Source of the DNA: an uncultured Bacteroidales bacterium
Lineage (GTDB): Bacteria > Bacteroidota > Bacteroidia > Bacteroidales > Bacteroidaceae
DNA length: 64,000 nt
Reading direction: 5' to 3'
NCBI GenBank assembly: GCA_946060685.1
Contig: CAMGOT010000001.1
Location: 62-64,061 of the forward strand
Below are positions 1-10,183 of the stretch, piece by piece. A program made the translations under genes and the position numbers. The notes under the pieces are model-generated. The model made no database searches and was not told the DNA's origin. It saw only the letters and a list, made by a program, of their open reading frames with translations. Position 1 is the first letter of the stretch, and the number at the start of each line of letters is the position of its first letter.

Positions 1-1994
1 AGTTTCTCGAACTTCAGCCTGCACCCGATGTAGACCATGGCTTTTTCCGTAGGTCCCCATACCTGTGTGGCATCGTAGGCCGCCTCCCAAGGGTTGGCAG
101 CATTGATGATGGGATGTTTCATGCGATAGTTGGTCAGGTTCTCCCCTCCGATATAGACGGAGAAATGACGAAACTCACGGGTGATTTGAGCCTGGAGTTG
201 GAAAAAGGTGGGATAGGAAGAACGGTCGTAGAGAATACCATGGCCATTGAGTTGGCCAGTGACATCGAGTTGCCAAAGTTCCGTGGGGGTCTTATAAGAG
301 AGCGTGAGCAGGCCTTTATAGCGCGAAGTGAGCGGACGCTGGCGGAGTGTGCCATCATAGGTGGTGCGTGCATCGTTGTACCGGAATCCACCGGTGGCAG
401 AGAAACCTTCAAAGAAGGGATAGGTGGCATCGATCTGCACGGTATGGCTGAAACTCTTGCCATGAAGATTCTCGAAGCTTACGGTGTGCGTCCCCGGTGT
501 GGCATCCACATTGATGACCGTCTGATTCCTGAAATCGGTGTAGTAGTACTCCACGTTCAGTTCCAGGTCTTTTCCTGCAACCGGTAGATGGAGCATAGCC
601 GATGCCCCAAAGTTCCATGCCTCCTCCTGTTTCAGCGGATGCCCAGCGGTGAAGGTGCGTCCGCTTGCGAGGAGCGGTACATTTTCTGCCAGAGCATGTG
701 GTGTGCGGTAGCCCTTTCCTGCACTGGCACGTATGCTGAGTATTTTCAATGGGGTGTACTTCAGATGCAGGCGCGGAGTGACGAAGCCGCCATACAGGGA
801 AGAGTGGTCCCAGCGAATGCCCGGCATCAGCGTCAGCCTTTCGACAAGACGGTAGGTGTATTGGGCATAGATTCCCGCAGTGGTTTCATTTGGCGGAGCC
901 AGCAGAGCGGTGGCATCGGCAGATGGAAAAGACTCGTTGGTATTCTCCCGGAAACGGTCGTGGTTCACGCTGGCTCCCACGCTCAGTTGATGCGCTTCGC
1001 CGAGGTCGGTTTCAAACATGAGTTGCGCATAGGCGTTCTTCTGGTTCACATCGTAGAGCGTATGGCCGAATTGCTGCTGCGCATCGTGGAGGGAGCCATG
1101 CAGCATGAGTGCGACACTCATCTTGCGGTCAGGGCAGATGGTGTAGCCGTTTTTCCACTGCAGTTCATGGCGTTTGGTCTCCACGCCAATCGTATAGTGC
1201 GGAATGCTGCTTTCTGCATGGTGGTGGCTCATACCGCTTTCCCGCTCATCGTGCAGGATGCGGTAGCTCAGTTGGCTAATCCACAACGGGGAGATGTATG
1301 CCCATCGTTGCATGGCATTGTACTGACGCATTTTCGGCATATCCATAAAGCCGTCGCCATTGCCGTCATGGTCCGTCTGCCGATTTTCAAAGTGCAGAAG
1401 AAGGCTGGCAGAAAGCCGGTCGGTGAGGTGAATGCTGCCATGGGCATTGGCCTCATGCCGCAAGCGTGAGTCAAGATAGGCGTTGGCTCTTATGCCGTCG
1501 ACTCCCTGCGGCTTGAGGTATTCGATGTTGATTTGTCCAGTGATGCTTTCGTAGCCATTCTTTACGCTTGAGGCTCCCTTGCTGACCTGTATGGACTGCA
1601 TCCAAGGACCTGGCACGAAGCCTAAAGAATAAGGAATGCTTGCCCCACGCAGGTTGGGCATGTTCTCCGTGAGCATCTGCACATAGATTCCGCTAAGTCC
1701 CAGCAGTTTGATTTGTCGTGACCCCGTGGCAGCATCGTTATAATTGACGTCGACAGAGGGATTTGTGGTGAATGATTCGCCGATGTTGCAGCAAGCGGCT
1801 CTGATGAGTTGGCTTTGGCCGATAATTTCGGTATTGGTGACTGCGGACAAGGCTTTGCTTTTGGCTTGCGGTTTCACCACTACCACAGAAAGTTCATGAT
1901 TGCCGCTGATGCTGTCGGTCAGGTTTTGCGAAGATGCCGGGATGGCGGCAGCAGCAAAAAAAAGATAAGTAAGGATAGCGGGAGAATGTGACAT
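1..1994 (-). CDS. TonB-dependent outer-membrane receptor (3' end runs off the window)
   Basis: Not in the ORF track (no stop inside window). Hand translation from ATG 1994: signal peptide MSHSPAILTYLFFAAAAIPASSQ, then plug motif RAACCNIGESFTTNPSVDVNYNDAATGSRQIKLLGLSGIYVQMLTEN. Confidence 0.88.
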   Translation of the reverse strand, partial: MSHSPAILTYLFFAAAAIPASSQNLTDSISGNHELSVVVVKPQAKSKALSAVTNTEIIGQSQLIRAACCNIGESFTTNPSVDVNYNDAATGSRQIKLLGLSGIYVQMLTENMPNLRGASIPYSLGFVPGPWMQSIQVSKGASSVKNGYESITGQINIEYLKPQGVDGIRANAYLDSRLRHEANAHGSIHLTDRLSASLLLHFENRQTDHDGNGDGFMDMPKMRQYNAMQRWAYISPLWISQLSYRILHDERESGMSHHHAESSIPHYTIGVETKRHELQWKNGYTICPDRKMSVALMLHGSLHDAQQQFGHTLYDVNQKNAYAQLMFETDLGEAHQLSVGASVNHDRFRENTNESFPSADATALLAPPNETTAGIYAQYTYRLVERLTLMPGIRWDHSSLYGGFVTPRLHLKYTPLKILSIRASAGKGYRTPHALAENVPLLASGRTFTAGHPLKQEEAWNFGASAMLHLPVAGKDLELNVEYYYTDFRNQTVINVDATPGTHTVSFENLHGKSFSHTVQIDATYPFFEGFSATGGFRYNDARTTYDGTLRQRPLTSRYKGLLTLSYKTPTELWQLDVTGQLNGHGILYDRSSYPTFFQLQAQITREFRHFSVYIGGENLTNYRMKHPIINAANPWEAAYDATQVWGPTEKAMVYIGCRLKFEK

Positions 1995-2025
1995 TTGCAG
2001 ATGCTTGAACGATGATTTCCAGATG

Positions 2026-2033
2026 CAAATGTA
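2026..2033 (-). promoter_or_regulatory. Bacteroidetes -7 box (TACATTTG) for the TonB receptor
   Basis: Matches TAnnTTTG about 30 nt upstream of the ATG. Confidence 0.6.
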
Positions 2034-2223
2034 CGGCAATTCCCGTTGTCCTTACTTATATATTCTTGGTAAAAAATTACAGATGGCCCAGCTTTTTTCC
2101 TCCATCTGCGGGGGAAAGCGTTTCGAAAGCTTTTCTCATGGCTCATACCAATCTCCCCGATACCACTCCGTAAAGGGCTGTTCGACAGTCAAGGGAGAGT
2201 ACGAGAGGAGCAGGCCGGTAGCG

Positions 2224-3075
2224 TCAACGCAGAGCATCTGGTTTCGCAGCACGGAGCCGTCTTTCAGGTGTAGCCGTAGCACTGCTATCTGTTTGCTTTT
2301 CATTCTTCTTGATATTGATATTGCTGGTGCGGATGCTCCAAACGGCGAGGTTCTTCAGCCAGAGCAACTGGGGATATGCTCTCCATACAGCATCCTGATA
2401 GATGTGGATGTTGATGCGCTTGACATCATAGAAATCGGAAAGAAAGACAGATGCCCCGAGATTGTTGGCATACTCCCGGATTTCCACACCTGTAAGGGAA
2501 GTGGAATCGTTGGCATAGGTGACAGCCACTTGCATGTAGCCCTGTTTGGCCCCCTCACGGTAAATCCATGATGTGTGGCATCCCAGCAGCAGGCGGTCAC
2601 CACGCTTAAGCCCCTTGCAGGGCACTTCTACAGCACAGCGGTTGACCCCGGAACCTGAGAGAACAATGTCGTGGGGCGATTTCCAAAGCAGTATAGTGTC
2701 CGTGCGCAGTGTGCTTTTGCGCCCGGCATTCTCCTGATCCTGCACGGAGCGCATCTCCTCGGTGTAGCGGTCGCTCACTTTTTCAGTGATGGCAAGGAGT
2801 GTCTTGGGATTTCGCGCATAGTGAGCCACGGAGAGATTGAATTCATCCTCCGTGATGCCGTGTTTCTGAAATACGGCCTGGGTGTAGAGATATTCCTTTT
2901 CTGCCTTTTTGCGGCTTTCGTTCTCTTCGTCTGCCAGCGCGACTGCCAGCTGATAGTCATAGAGAACGTCGGTCATGGCTCGTTCCGGGATAATATTATG
3001 CCGTCCTTGCCGGTCGCACGATGTCATGACGGCAAGAGTGAGCAGCAACAGGATTCCGATGATATTCTTTTTCAA
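2224..3075 (-). CDS. DUF4296 domain lipoprotein
   Basis: TTG start, KKNIIGILLLLTLAVMTSC lipobox, IIPERAMTDVLYDY..VFQKHGITEDEFNLSVAHY motif, conserved position after lspA. Confidence 0.8.
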   Translation of the reverse strand: MKKNIIGILLLLTLAVMTSCDRQGRHNIIPERAMTDVLYDYQLAVALADEENESRKKAEKEYLYTQAVFQKHGITEDEFNLSVAHYARNPKTLLAITEKVSDRYTEEMRSVQDQENAGRKSTLRTDTILLWKSPHDIVLSGSGVNRCAVEVPCKGLKRGDRLLLGCHTSWIYREGAKQGYMQVAVTYANDSTSLTGVEIREYANNLGASVFLSDFYDVKRINIHIYQDAVWRAYPQLLWLKNLAVWSIRTSNINIKKNEKQTDSSATATPERRLRAAKPDALR

Positions 3076-3245
3076 AGCAAATGGGGGAGTGGGGGGAGGG
3101 TAAAGAATGGAAAACAGCAAAGCAAAAGTTGCTCCACGGCACACACGCACAGCAGACGCAGAACAGCAATCCGTGTTGTTCGTGGAAGACAGTTAAGCAC
3201 ACAGGCCGTTTTCAAGGGAGAGGAGGGGGAACGGGCACGGAGGCA

Positions 3246-3887
3246 TCAGCAGGATGCTGCCTTGTCCTCCTTCGTGGTGCTTTCTTTCGGCTGAGTCAGC
3301 AATTGGTGGTAGAAGAGGATGATTGCCACCGCCCCCACGCTGATGGCAGAATCGGCCAGATTGAACACCGCCCCGAAGAATGTGCGTCCTCCTAGGACAG
3401 GCATCGATTCCGGCCATTCCCATAGGGGAAAATAGAGCATATCCACCACCTTTCCGCTGAGAAACTGACCATATCCCTGTCCGAACGGCACTATTTCTGC
3501 CACTGGGGCAAAGAAAGGGTTGGCAGGTTGGCTCTCAGTGAAGATGAGTCCATAGAGGCAGTTGTCGATGATATTTCCCATGGCTCCGGCAATGACGAGC
3601 GAGAGGCAGACAATGAAGCCTATGGGGAGGCATCGGCGTATGCACCTCACCAAATACCACCCGAAGATGCAAACTGCGAGAAATCGGAATAGTGTCAGGA
3701 TGCTTGTGCCGATGAAATCCATGCCAAACGCCATGCCACGGTTTTCCACGAAAGCGATATGGAACCAGTTCGTGAGCTCGATATGCTCATAGAGCGACAT
3801 GTGGGTCTTCACCAGAATCTTTGCCACTTGGTCTGCCACGAGGACAAGGAGTATCAGCAGTGCTGACAGAACGGCGCGTAATCTCAT
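3246..3887 (-). CDS. lspA: lipoprotein signal peptidase II
   Basis: DQVAK, NRGMAFG, GAMGNIID, VVDM and FNLADSAI motifs. Confidence 0.95.
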   Translation of the reverse strand: MRLRAVLSALLILLVLVADQVAKILVKTHMSLYEHIELTNWFHIAFVENRGMAFGMDFIGTSILTLFRFLAVCIFGWYLVRCIRRCLPIGFIVCLSLVIAGAMGNIIDNCLYGLIFTESQPANPFFAPVAEIVPFGQGYGQFLSGKVVDMLYFPLWEWPESMPVLGGRTFFGAVFNLADSAISVGAVAIILFYHQLLTQPKESTTKEDKAASC

Positions 3888-4261
3888 TTCTTTTGCTGGA
3901 GTTTTGCTTCAAGGGTCATCGTGGTGTGGGGTACAGCCCTCAGACGCTCCTTGGGGATTAGTTTTTTGGTCACACGGCAAATGCCGTAGGTCTTGTTGTC
4001 AATGCGCAGGAGTGCAGCCTTCAGTCCGGTGATAAACTTGTACAGGCGTTGTGCCATTGCCATCTGCTCCTCAAGGGTCTGTGTGCAACTGCCCTCTTCC
4101 AGGCTGTGATAGGTGGGCAGTGTGTCGTCGATGCCATTGCTGTTGCGTTTCGACATGGTGTCGATGATTTCCTTGTACTGCTCTTCTGCCACCTGAAGCT
4201 TTTCGTTGATGATCTGGCGGAACTCTTCCAGTTCCTCGTCAGAATAGCGGGTCTTTTCCAT
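3884..4261 (-). CDS. dksA: TraR/DksA family transcriptional regulator
   Basis: ALLRIDNKTYGICRVTKKLIPKERLRAVPHT; conserved ileS-dksA-lspA order. Confidence 0.9.
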   Translation of the reverse strand: MEKTRYSDEELEEFRQIINEKLQVAEEQYKEIIDTMSKRNSNGIDDTLPTYHSLEEGSCTQTLEEQMAMAQRLYKFITGLKAALLRIDNKTYGICRVTKKLIPKERLRAVPHTTMTLEAKLQQKK

Positions 4262-4338
4262 AGTTTCTCTCTCTTATGGGGTGTTCTAATATTTTGGCTC
4301 TGCTTTTTACCGTCGTCAAAAAGTCGCCTTTCATTTGA

Positions 4339-4527
4339 GGGATGTTCTATAAATTAGTTTTTTATTCATTTAGGAAGTGTTCTTATGCTTGGCTACTTTT
4401 CAACCTCTCTCTTGTATCTTCCTATCCTTCAAACACTTACATAGCCCGCTATGTGCGCGTTTAAAGGATAGGAATCTACTGTGCGATAGGAAAGAAAATT
4501 GTCTCAAGCTAATTTATAGAACATCCC
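4339..4527. mobile_element. MITE-like element A (189 bp)
   Basis: Perfect 19-bp TIR GGGATGTTCTATAAATTAG / CTAATTTATAGAACATCCC, flanked by TTGA direct repeat (4335-4338, 4528-4531); internal hairpin; no coding capacity. Confidence 0.8.
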
Positions 4528-4561
4528 TTGAATGACAGGAATATCCTTCCATTGGAAATGA

Positions 4562-4638
4562 CCCTGACCTTGGCCTTTATGCCTTGTCCTCGGAGTATTG
4601 GTGTTCTCGACGATAGGGCAAAAAAGTCAAGGTCAGGG
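4562..4638. repeat. long imperfect hairpin just after the ileS stop
   Basis: CCCTGACCTTG..CAAGGTCAGGG outer stem plus TGCCTTGTC/GATAGGGCA inner stem. Confidence 0.65.
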
Positions 4639-4644
4639 GCAGGA

Positions 4645-7600
4645 TTATGCCTTTTCAAGTGCAGGTTCCTGAATGTCGGCAAAGCGGAGTTCGCGGGCAA
4701 GCACCTGTCCGCAGATGTAGTCCTTGTAGGTCGTGGCCGTCTCACGCATTGCTTCCGGGAGTGTCAGGCAGATGCGGTCAGTGATATTGAGTCCCGACTC
4801 CTTGCGGAGATTCTGCACGCTGCGTACGATATCGCGGGCCTGGCCTTCCATGCGGAGCTCAGGAGTCACGGTGATGTCGAGTGCGACGGTCAGCGCTCCC
4901 TCGGTGGCGATGCTCCATCCGGGCATTTCCTCCGTGATGAGTTCCACATCGTCGCGTGTGATTTCAAACGTCTCGCCGGCTACTACGATGGTCGTCTTTC
5001 CTGCCTCCAGTTCTGCCACAGCGTCGGGGCCAAGGCTTTGCACCACACTTGCCGCCTGCTTCATCAGTTTGCCGAACTTCTTTCCCATGGTGCGATAGTT
5101 GGGCTTGACGGTCTTGCGGATTTGCTCCTCGACGAAGTTGATTTCCTTGACATTCACTTCCTCCAGGATCAGTTGCTGAAGAGCTTGTATGTCCTGCTTC
5201 ACCTTCTGGCTTGTGACAGGTATGGCAATCGTCTGCAAGGGTTGGCGTACGCCGATTTTCACCTGCTTCCTGATGGCATGCACCATGGATGTGACCTTCT
5301 TGGCCAACTCCATCTGTTCCTCCAGAGGGATATTGATGCGCTGGGTGTCGCACTTCGGGAAAGCCTCCAGATGCACGCTGTCAGCCCCCCCCTGAAGATC
5401 CAGATAGAGGCGGTCGGCATAGAAAGGTGCAATGGGCGCCATCAGTTTGCTCACGGTGAGCAGACAGTTGTAGAGCGTGGAGTAAGCCACCTTCTTGTCG
5501 GCGGTGATGCCCTCGCCCCAGAAGCGTTTTTTGCAGAGACGCACATACCAGTTGCTGAGTTCGTCCACCACAAAGGAGTGGATGGCGCGTCCTGCCCGTG
5601 TGGGCTCGTAGGCCTCGTAAGCATCCGTAGCCTCAGCCACCAGAGAGTTGAGCTTGGAGAGCACCCAGCGGTCCATAGTGGTTTCATCGGCAGCATCGCC
5701 CTTCATCTCCGGCTGCCATCCGTCGATGTTGGCATAGGTCGACATGAGGCTGTAGAGTTGGAAAAGCTTGACGAAGAACGATCCGCTCACCTCCTTCACT
5801 CCATCGCCGTCGAAGGAGAGATTGTCCCACGGTGCGCTGTTGGTAATCATATACCATCGCAAGGGGTCGGAACCATACTGCTCGATGGTCTGGAAAGGAT
5901 CGACAGCATTGCCCAAGCGCTTCGACATCTTCTGGCCGTTCTTGTCGAGCACGAGTCCGTTGGAGATGACCGTCTTGAACGCTACGGAATCAAATACCAT
6001 CGTGGCTATGGCATGGAGGGTGAAGAACCATCCACGCGTCTGGTCTACGCCTTCGGCAATAAAGTCGGCCGGATAGCAGTCCTTATTGTCGAGTTCCTCC
6101 TTGTGCTCGAAAGGATAATGCCACTGGGCATACGGCATGGAACCCGAGTCGAACCAAACATCGATGAGGTCGGTCTCGCGGTGTAGCGGGGCTCCGCTCT
6201 CGCCCACGAGCACGATATGATCCACGTAGGGGCGGTGCAAGTCGATGCGATGATAGTTTTCCGCAGAATAGTCACCAGGTACAAAGCCCTTCTCCTTCAG
6301 CGGATTGCTCTTCATCACTCCCGCTGCTACCGCCTTTTCGATTTCATCCCAAAGTTGCTGTATGCTTCCGATGCAGATTTCCTCCTTCGTCGTGCGGTTT
6401 CGCCAGATGGGGAGCGGTGTTCCCCAGTAGCGGCTTCGGCTGAGGTTCCAATCGTTCAGGTTCTCCAGCCATTTTCCGAAGCGTCCGCTTCCCGTGGATG
6501 CGGGTTTCCAGAGAATGGTGTCATTGAGTTCCATCATGCGCTCCTTTGCAGCCGTACTGCGGATGAACCAGCTGTCCAAGGGGTAATAGAGCACCGGTTT
6601 GTCCGTGCGCCAGCAGTGAGGATAATTGTGTACGTGCTTTTCGATTTTGAAGGCAGAGCCTTGCTCTTTCATTTCCACGCAGAGGATGACATTGAGATCC
6701 ATCTCCTTCTGCGCGGCCTTCTCGTCATATCGTCCGTCGGGATTGAAGCGCGGGTCGTAGGCATTCTTCACATAGTCCCCGCTGTGCTTCCAATAAGCCT
6801 CGTGTACGAATTTTTCGGAAAACTCAGCGTTCATGTCGTCCTTCACGAAATACTTTCCCGTGAAGTCGACCATGGGGCGAGGGTCGCCATTCTTGTCGAC
6901 GACGAAGAGTGCAGGTACTCCAGCATCTTTCGCCACCTTGGCATCGTCAGCACCAAAGGTAGGCGCAATGTGTACGATACCCGTACCATCCTCTGTGGTG
7001 ACATAGTCGCCCGGAATCACCCGGAAAGCGGCTTCTCCACGCGGAGTCGCCACACCGTCCACCACATCGCAGGGCTCAATCCAGGGCATCAACTGGCGGT
7101 AGTGCAATCCTTCGAGTTGAGTGCCGGAGAAGCGTCCCATCACCTGCAGCGTCTCGCCCTCTTCGGCCTTGAAATAAGCGGCAAGCCGGCTTTCTGCAAG
7201 GATATAAATGCCCTTCTCGCCACTATAGGGGTTTTCGCCCTGAACGGCCACATAGTCAATTTTCGGACCTACGCAGAGGGCGGTGTTCGAGGGGAGCGTC
7301 CAGGGCGTGGTGGTCCATGCCAGGAAATAGACTGGCAGGTGGCCGGGATTGGCAAAAAGATGGTCGGTATTGTCCGTCACGCTAAACTGTGCCGTCACGG
7401 TGGTGTCCTTCACATCGCGGTAGCATCCGGGCTGATTGAGTTCATGGCTCGACAATCCGGTACCTGCCGCAGGACTGTAAGGCTGGATGGTGTAGCCTTT
7501 ATAGAGCAGTCCCTTGTCGTAGAGTTGTCTGAGCAGCCACCAGAGGGTTTCGATGTAGGAGTTTTCGTACGTCACGTAAGGGTGCTCCATGTCGACCCAG

Positions 7601-8025
7601 TAGCCCATGCGGTGGCTGAGGTCCGTCCATTCCTGCGTGTACATCATGACGTTTTCCCGGCATTTGCGGTTGTAGTCGTCCACGCTCACCTTTGTGCCGA
7701 TGTCTTCCTTCGTGATGCCCAGTTCCTTCTCCACGCCCAGTTCCACCGGCAGTCCATGGGTGTCCCATCCAGCCTTGCGCTTCACGAGAAATCCCTGCAT
7801 CGTCTTGTACCGGCAGAACGTGTCTTTGATGGTACGTGCCATGACGTGATGAATGCCCGGGTGTCCGTTGGCAGAGGGTGGCCCCTCGAAGAATACATAG
7901 GATGGGCAGCCTTCACGTTCCGTCATGCTACGGTGGAAGAGGTCAAGATTGTCCCATTCTTTCAGAACTTCCTTGTTGATAGCGGAAAGGTCGAGTGCCT
8001 TGCGCTCTGTGAATTTTTTGCTCAT
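4645..8025 (-). CDS. ileS: isoleucine--tRNA ligase (IleRS type 2)
   Basis: GPPSANGHPGIHH (HIGH-like), GWDTHGLP, WTTTPWTL, KMSKR; start set at MSKKF. Confidence 0.98.
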   Translation of the reverse strand: MSKKFTERKALDLSAINKEVLKEWDNLDLFHRSMTEREGCPSYVFFEGPPSANGHPGIHHVMARTIKDTFCRYKTMQGFLVKRKAGWDTHGLPVELGVEKELGITKEDIGTKVSVDDYNRKCRENVMMYTQEWTDLSHRMGYWVDMEHPYVTYENSYIETLWWLLRQLYDKGLLYKGYTIQPYSPAAGTGLSSHELNQPGCYRDVKDTTVTAQFSVTDNTDHLFANPGHLPVYFLAWTTTPWTLPSNTALCVGPKIDYVAVQGENPYSGEKGIYILAESRLAAYFKAEEGETLQVMGRFSGTQLEGLHYRQLMPWIEPCDVVDGVATPRGEAAFRVIPGDYVTTEDGTGIVHIAPTFGADDAKVAKDAGVPALFVVDKNGDPRPMVDFTGKYFVKDDMNAEFSEKFVHEAYWKHSGDYVKNAYDPRFNPDGRYDEKAAQKEMDLNVILCVEMKEQGSAFKIEKHVHNYPHCWRTDKPVLYYPLDSWFIRSTAAKERMMELNDTILWKPASTGSGRFGKWLENLNDWNLSRSRYWGTPLPIWRNRTTKEEICIGSIQQLWDEIEKAVAAGVMKSNPLKEKGFVPGDYSAENYHRIDLHRPYVDHIVLVGESGAPLHRETDLIDVWFDSGSMPYAQWHYPFEHKEELDNKDCYPADFIAEGVDQTRGWFFTLHAIATMVFDSVAFKTVISNGLVLDKNGQKMSKRLGNAVDPFQTIEQYGSDPLRWYMITNSAPWDNLSFDGDGVKEVSGSFFVKLFQLYSLMSTYANIDGWQPEMKGDAADETTMDRWVLSKLNSLVAEATDAYEAYEPTRAGRAIHSFVVDELSNWYVRLCKKRFWGEGITADKKVAYSTLYNCLLTVSKLMAPIAPFYADRLYLDLQGGADSVHLEAFPKCDTQRINIPLEEQMELAKKVTSMVHAIRKQVKIGVRQPLQTIAIPVTSQKVKQDIQALQQLILEEVNVKEINFVEEQIRKTVKPNYRTMGKKFGKLMKQAASVVQSLGPDAVAELEAGKTTIVVAGETFEITRDDVELITEEMPGWSIATEGALTVALDITVTPELRMEGQARDIVRSVQNLRKESGLNITDRICLTLPEAMRETATTYKDYICGQVLARELRFADIQEPALEKA

Positions 8026-8064
8026 ATTTAGCGTGTCTGTTTGAAATCTGATAAAATTTGCGGG

Positions 8065-8072
8065 CAAAGTTA
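8065..8072 (-). promoter_or_regulatory. -7 box TAACTTTG for the ileS operon
   Basis: TAnnTTTG 40 nt upstream of the likely ATG. Confidence 0.6.
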
Positions 8073-8262
8073 CGGATTTTTCTGACAATAAGCTGTGCTG
8101 CTTTGGTGAAAAACGGGGATTCGTGTGGTTTAACGGCCATATCTGCCTGGCATGATTCCCATTACCTCCGTTTTGCTAGGCCGATGGAGAATCCTCCGTC
8201 AGGCAGAGCCGCAGATGGGGCTTGGTGCCCGAGAGTGCCCGAAAGCCCACGTATAATACGCA

Positions 8263-10134
8263 TCATTTCAGGAAAATCCGGGTGTATTCCTGCTCGAAAT
8301 TAGGGGTAAAGAATCCCGTGCCCATGCGTTGCAGAATTTCCTGCTGCGAGAAGAAACGCCCGCCATCCAGTTCGCTGGAAGGATGGGGCGGGACATCAGA
8401 GATGAGTCGGAACACATGCACCAGTTCCCGCTCACGGGCACTTTCAAAAACATATTTTTGCAGCAATTCCGCCTGGCTGACATCGGTGATTCCAATCTCC
8501 TCGCGTGCTTCGCGTGCTAAGGCGGTGGCAATGTCCTCGCCCCAGTCCACATGACCGCCGACCCCCGTGTCCCATTTGTCAGGCTGTATGTCCTTCCATG
8601 CCGGACGATGCTGGAGAAACAGTTCGCCCTGAGGATTGAAAAGGTGCAGGTGTACTACGGGATGAAGCGGTTTGCCTGCTGTCCCGGAATGCGCCTCTCC
8701 ACGTGTGGTGCTGCCGGTGACCGTCCCTTCTACGTCCACCACCGGCAACCGCTCGGATGGGTTGTCGTGATGGATGGCAGGGTGGGGCAAGGAGTTGGTG
8801 CTTACGGTGTTGGCAGGATTCAGGGTGTTGGGTTGGGTTATGGCATCGTAGTTGAGGATGGAGGAATCGCCATAACTGAGGAAACGGAAATCATGCTCAA
8901 GCGCAAAATCGTAAACAGGTTTCCATTCGCCCCCCACAAAAGCACTGACGAGCAGCAGGAGGGTGGACTGCGGCTGGTGGAAATTCGTGATGATGGTGCG
9001 TACGATGTGGAACCTGTAGCCCGGGGCAATGATGATTTGGGTGGAAGTGGCGAGTGCCCCCAACTGCAGAGCGTCCAGATATCGCAGGATGGCCTTCAGG
9101 GCATCTGCTGGCGCCAAAGGTTCGGGGCAGAGCGTTTCGGCATCCTTCGTTTCGGCAATCCCTTCGGCATACGGCATCCATTGCGTCACGTGCAAGTCCT
9201 CGGCGGTAATATCGCTCAGGGCCATGCCTGCAGCCTCCTTTTCTGCGATGATTTTCCCGATGTAGTACAGACTCTCCAGGGTGCGTACGCTTGTGGTTCC
9301 CACCGCCACGCATTGCGCATCATGCTCCAGGAGTTTCTCGACGACGCTACGTGGCACCGCTATCCATTCGGCGTGCATGGTGTGTCCCTCAATCTCTTCG
9401 CTTTTCACAGGCTTGAAGGTTCCAGCCCCTACATGGAGCGTCAGTTCTGCCCGCTCAATGCCGGCATCGTCAATGGCGCGGAGCACGCTGGGGGTGAAGT
9501 GCAGTCCCGCTGTGGGAGCCGCCACAGAGCCTTTGATTTTAGAGTAGACAGTCTGATAGGTCCTCAGGTCGCTTTCCTCCGTCTGACGATTGAGATAGGG
9601 CGGTATGGGCAGTTCGCCGATGGCATCGAGTACTTCAGCCCAACTCAGCGAAGGGTCATCCCAAAAGAAGCGGATGATATGTCCGGTTCCGCTTGTCCCC
9701 CTGCGCTCAGCCCGCAGAACCACGGTGCGGCTGCCTGTAGCGTCGCCGACACTGATAGTGCGCTCCAGGCATCCCTCCTTCCATTTTTTCAGATTGCCTA
9801 CAAGGCATGTCCATTCCACGCTGCCACGGGTGGCGAACGACTGCTGATAGTCGACAGGAGCATGAGGTTCCAGGCAGAACACCTCTATCAAGGCTCCCGT
9901 GTGCTTGTGGAAATGCAGGCGAGCCTGAATGACTTTCGTGTTGTTGAAAACCATGAGGCTTCCTTGGGGAAGATAGTTTGGGAGATGGCGGAAAGTATCT
10001 TCTGCGATGCTGCCGTCGACAGCCCGCGTGAGGAGTTTTGAAGCATCGCGCTGTGGGAGTGGATATTTGGCTATCCGGGCATCAGGCAAAGGATAGTTGT
10101 AATCGTGAATATGAATGTGTTTGGGATGAATCAT
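8263..10134 (-). CDS. queA: S-adenosylmethionine:tRNA ribosyltransferase-isomerase fused to a C-terminal NUDIX hydrolase
   Basis: QueA motifs VFNNTKVI, PIPPYL, GSVAAPTAGLHFT, LHVGAGTF, TNFHQPQSTL, FLSYGD; then NUDIX GGHVDWGEDIATALAREAREEIG. Confidence 0.92.
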   Translation of the reverse strand: MIHPKHIHIHDYNYPLPDARIAKYPLPQRDASKLLTRAVDGSIAEDTFRHLPNYLPQGSLMVFNNTKVIQARLHFHKHTGALIEVFCLEPHAPVDYQQSFATRGSVEWTCLVGNLKKWKEGCLERTISVGDATGSRTVVLRAERRGTSGTGHIIRFFWDDPSLSWAEVLDAIGELPIPPYLNRQTEESDLRTYQTVYSKIKGSVAAPTAGLHFTPSVLRAIDDAGIERAELTLHVGAGTFKPVKSEEIEGHTMHAEWIAVPRSVVEKLLEHDAQCVAVGTTSVRTLESLYYIGKIIAEKEAAGMALSDITAEDLHVTQWMPYAEGIAETKDAETLCPEPLAPADALKAILRYLDALQLGALATSTQIIIAPGYRFHIVRTIITNFHQPQSTLLLLVSAFVGGEWKPVYDFALEHDFRFLSYGDSSILNYDAITQPNTLNPANTVSTNSLPHPAIHHDNPSERLPVVDVEGTVTGSTTRGEAHSGTAGKPLHPVVHLHLFNPQGELFLQHRPAWKDIQPDKWDTGVGGHVDWGEDIATALAREAREEIGITDVSQAELLQKYVFESARERELVHVFRLISDVPPHPSSELDGGRFFSQQEILQRMGTGFFTPNFEQEYTRIFLK

Positions 10135-10183
10135 GAGGATTGATGTTTTTGGGGGGAGACAAACTCAGTACGTGCCGGCATGT

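Noticed and set aside
114-1469. Plus-strand ORFs of 157 and 293 aa
   Set aside because: Antisense shadows of the TonB receptor
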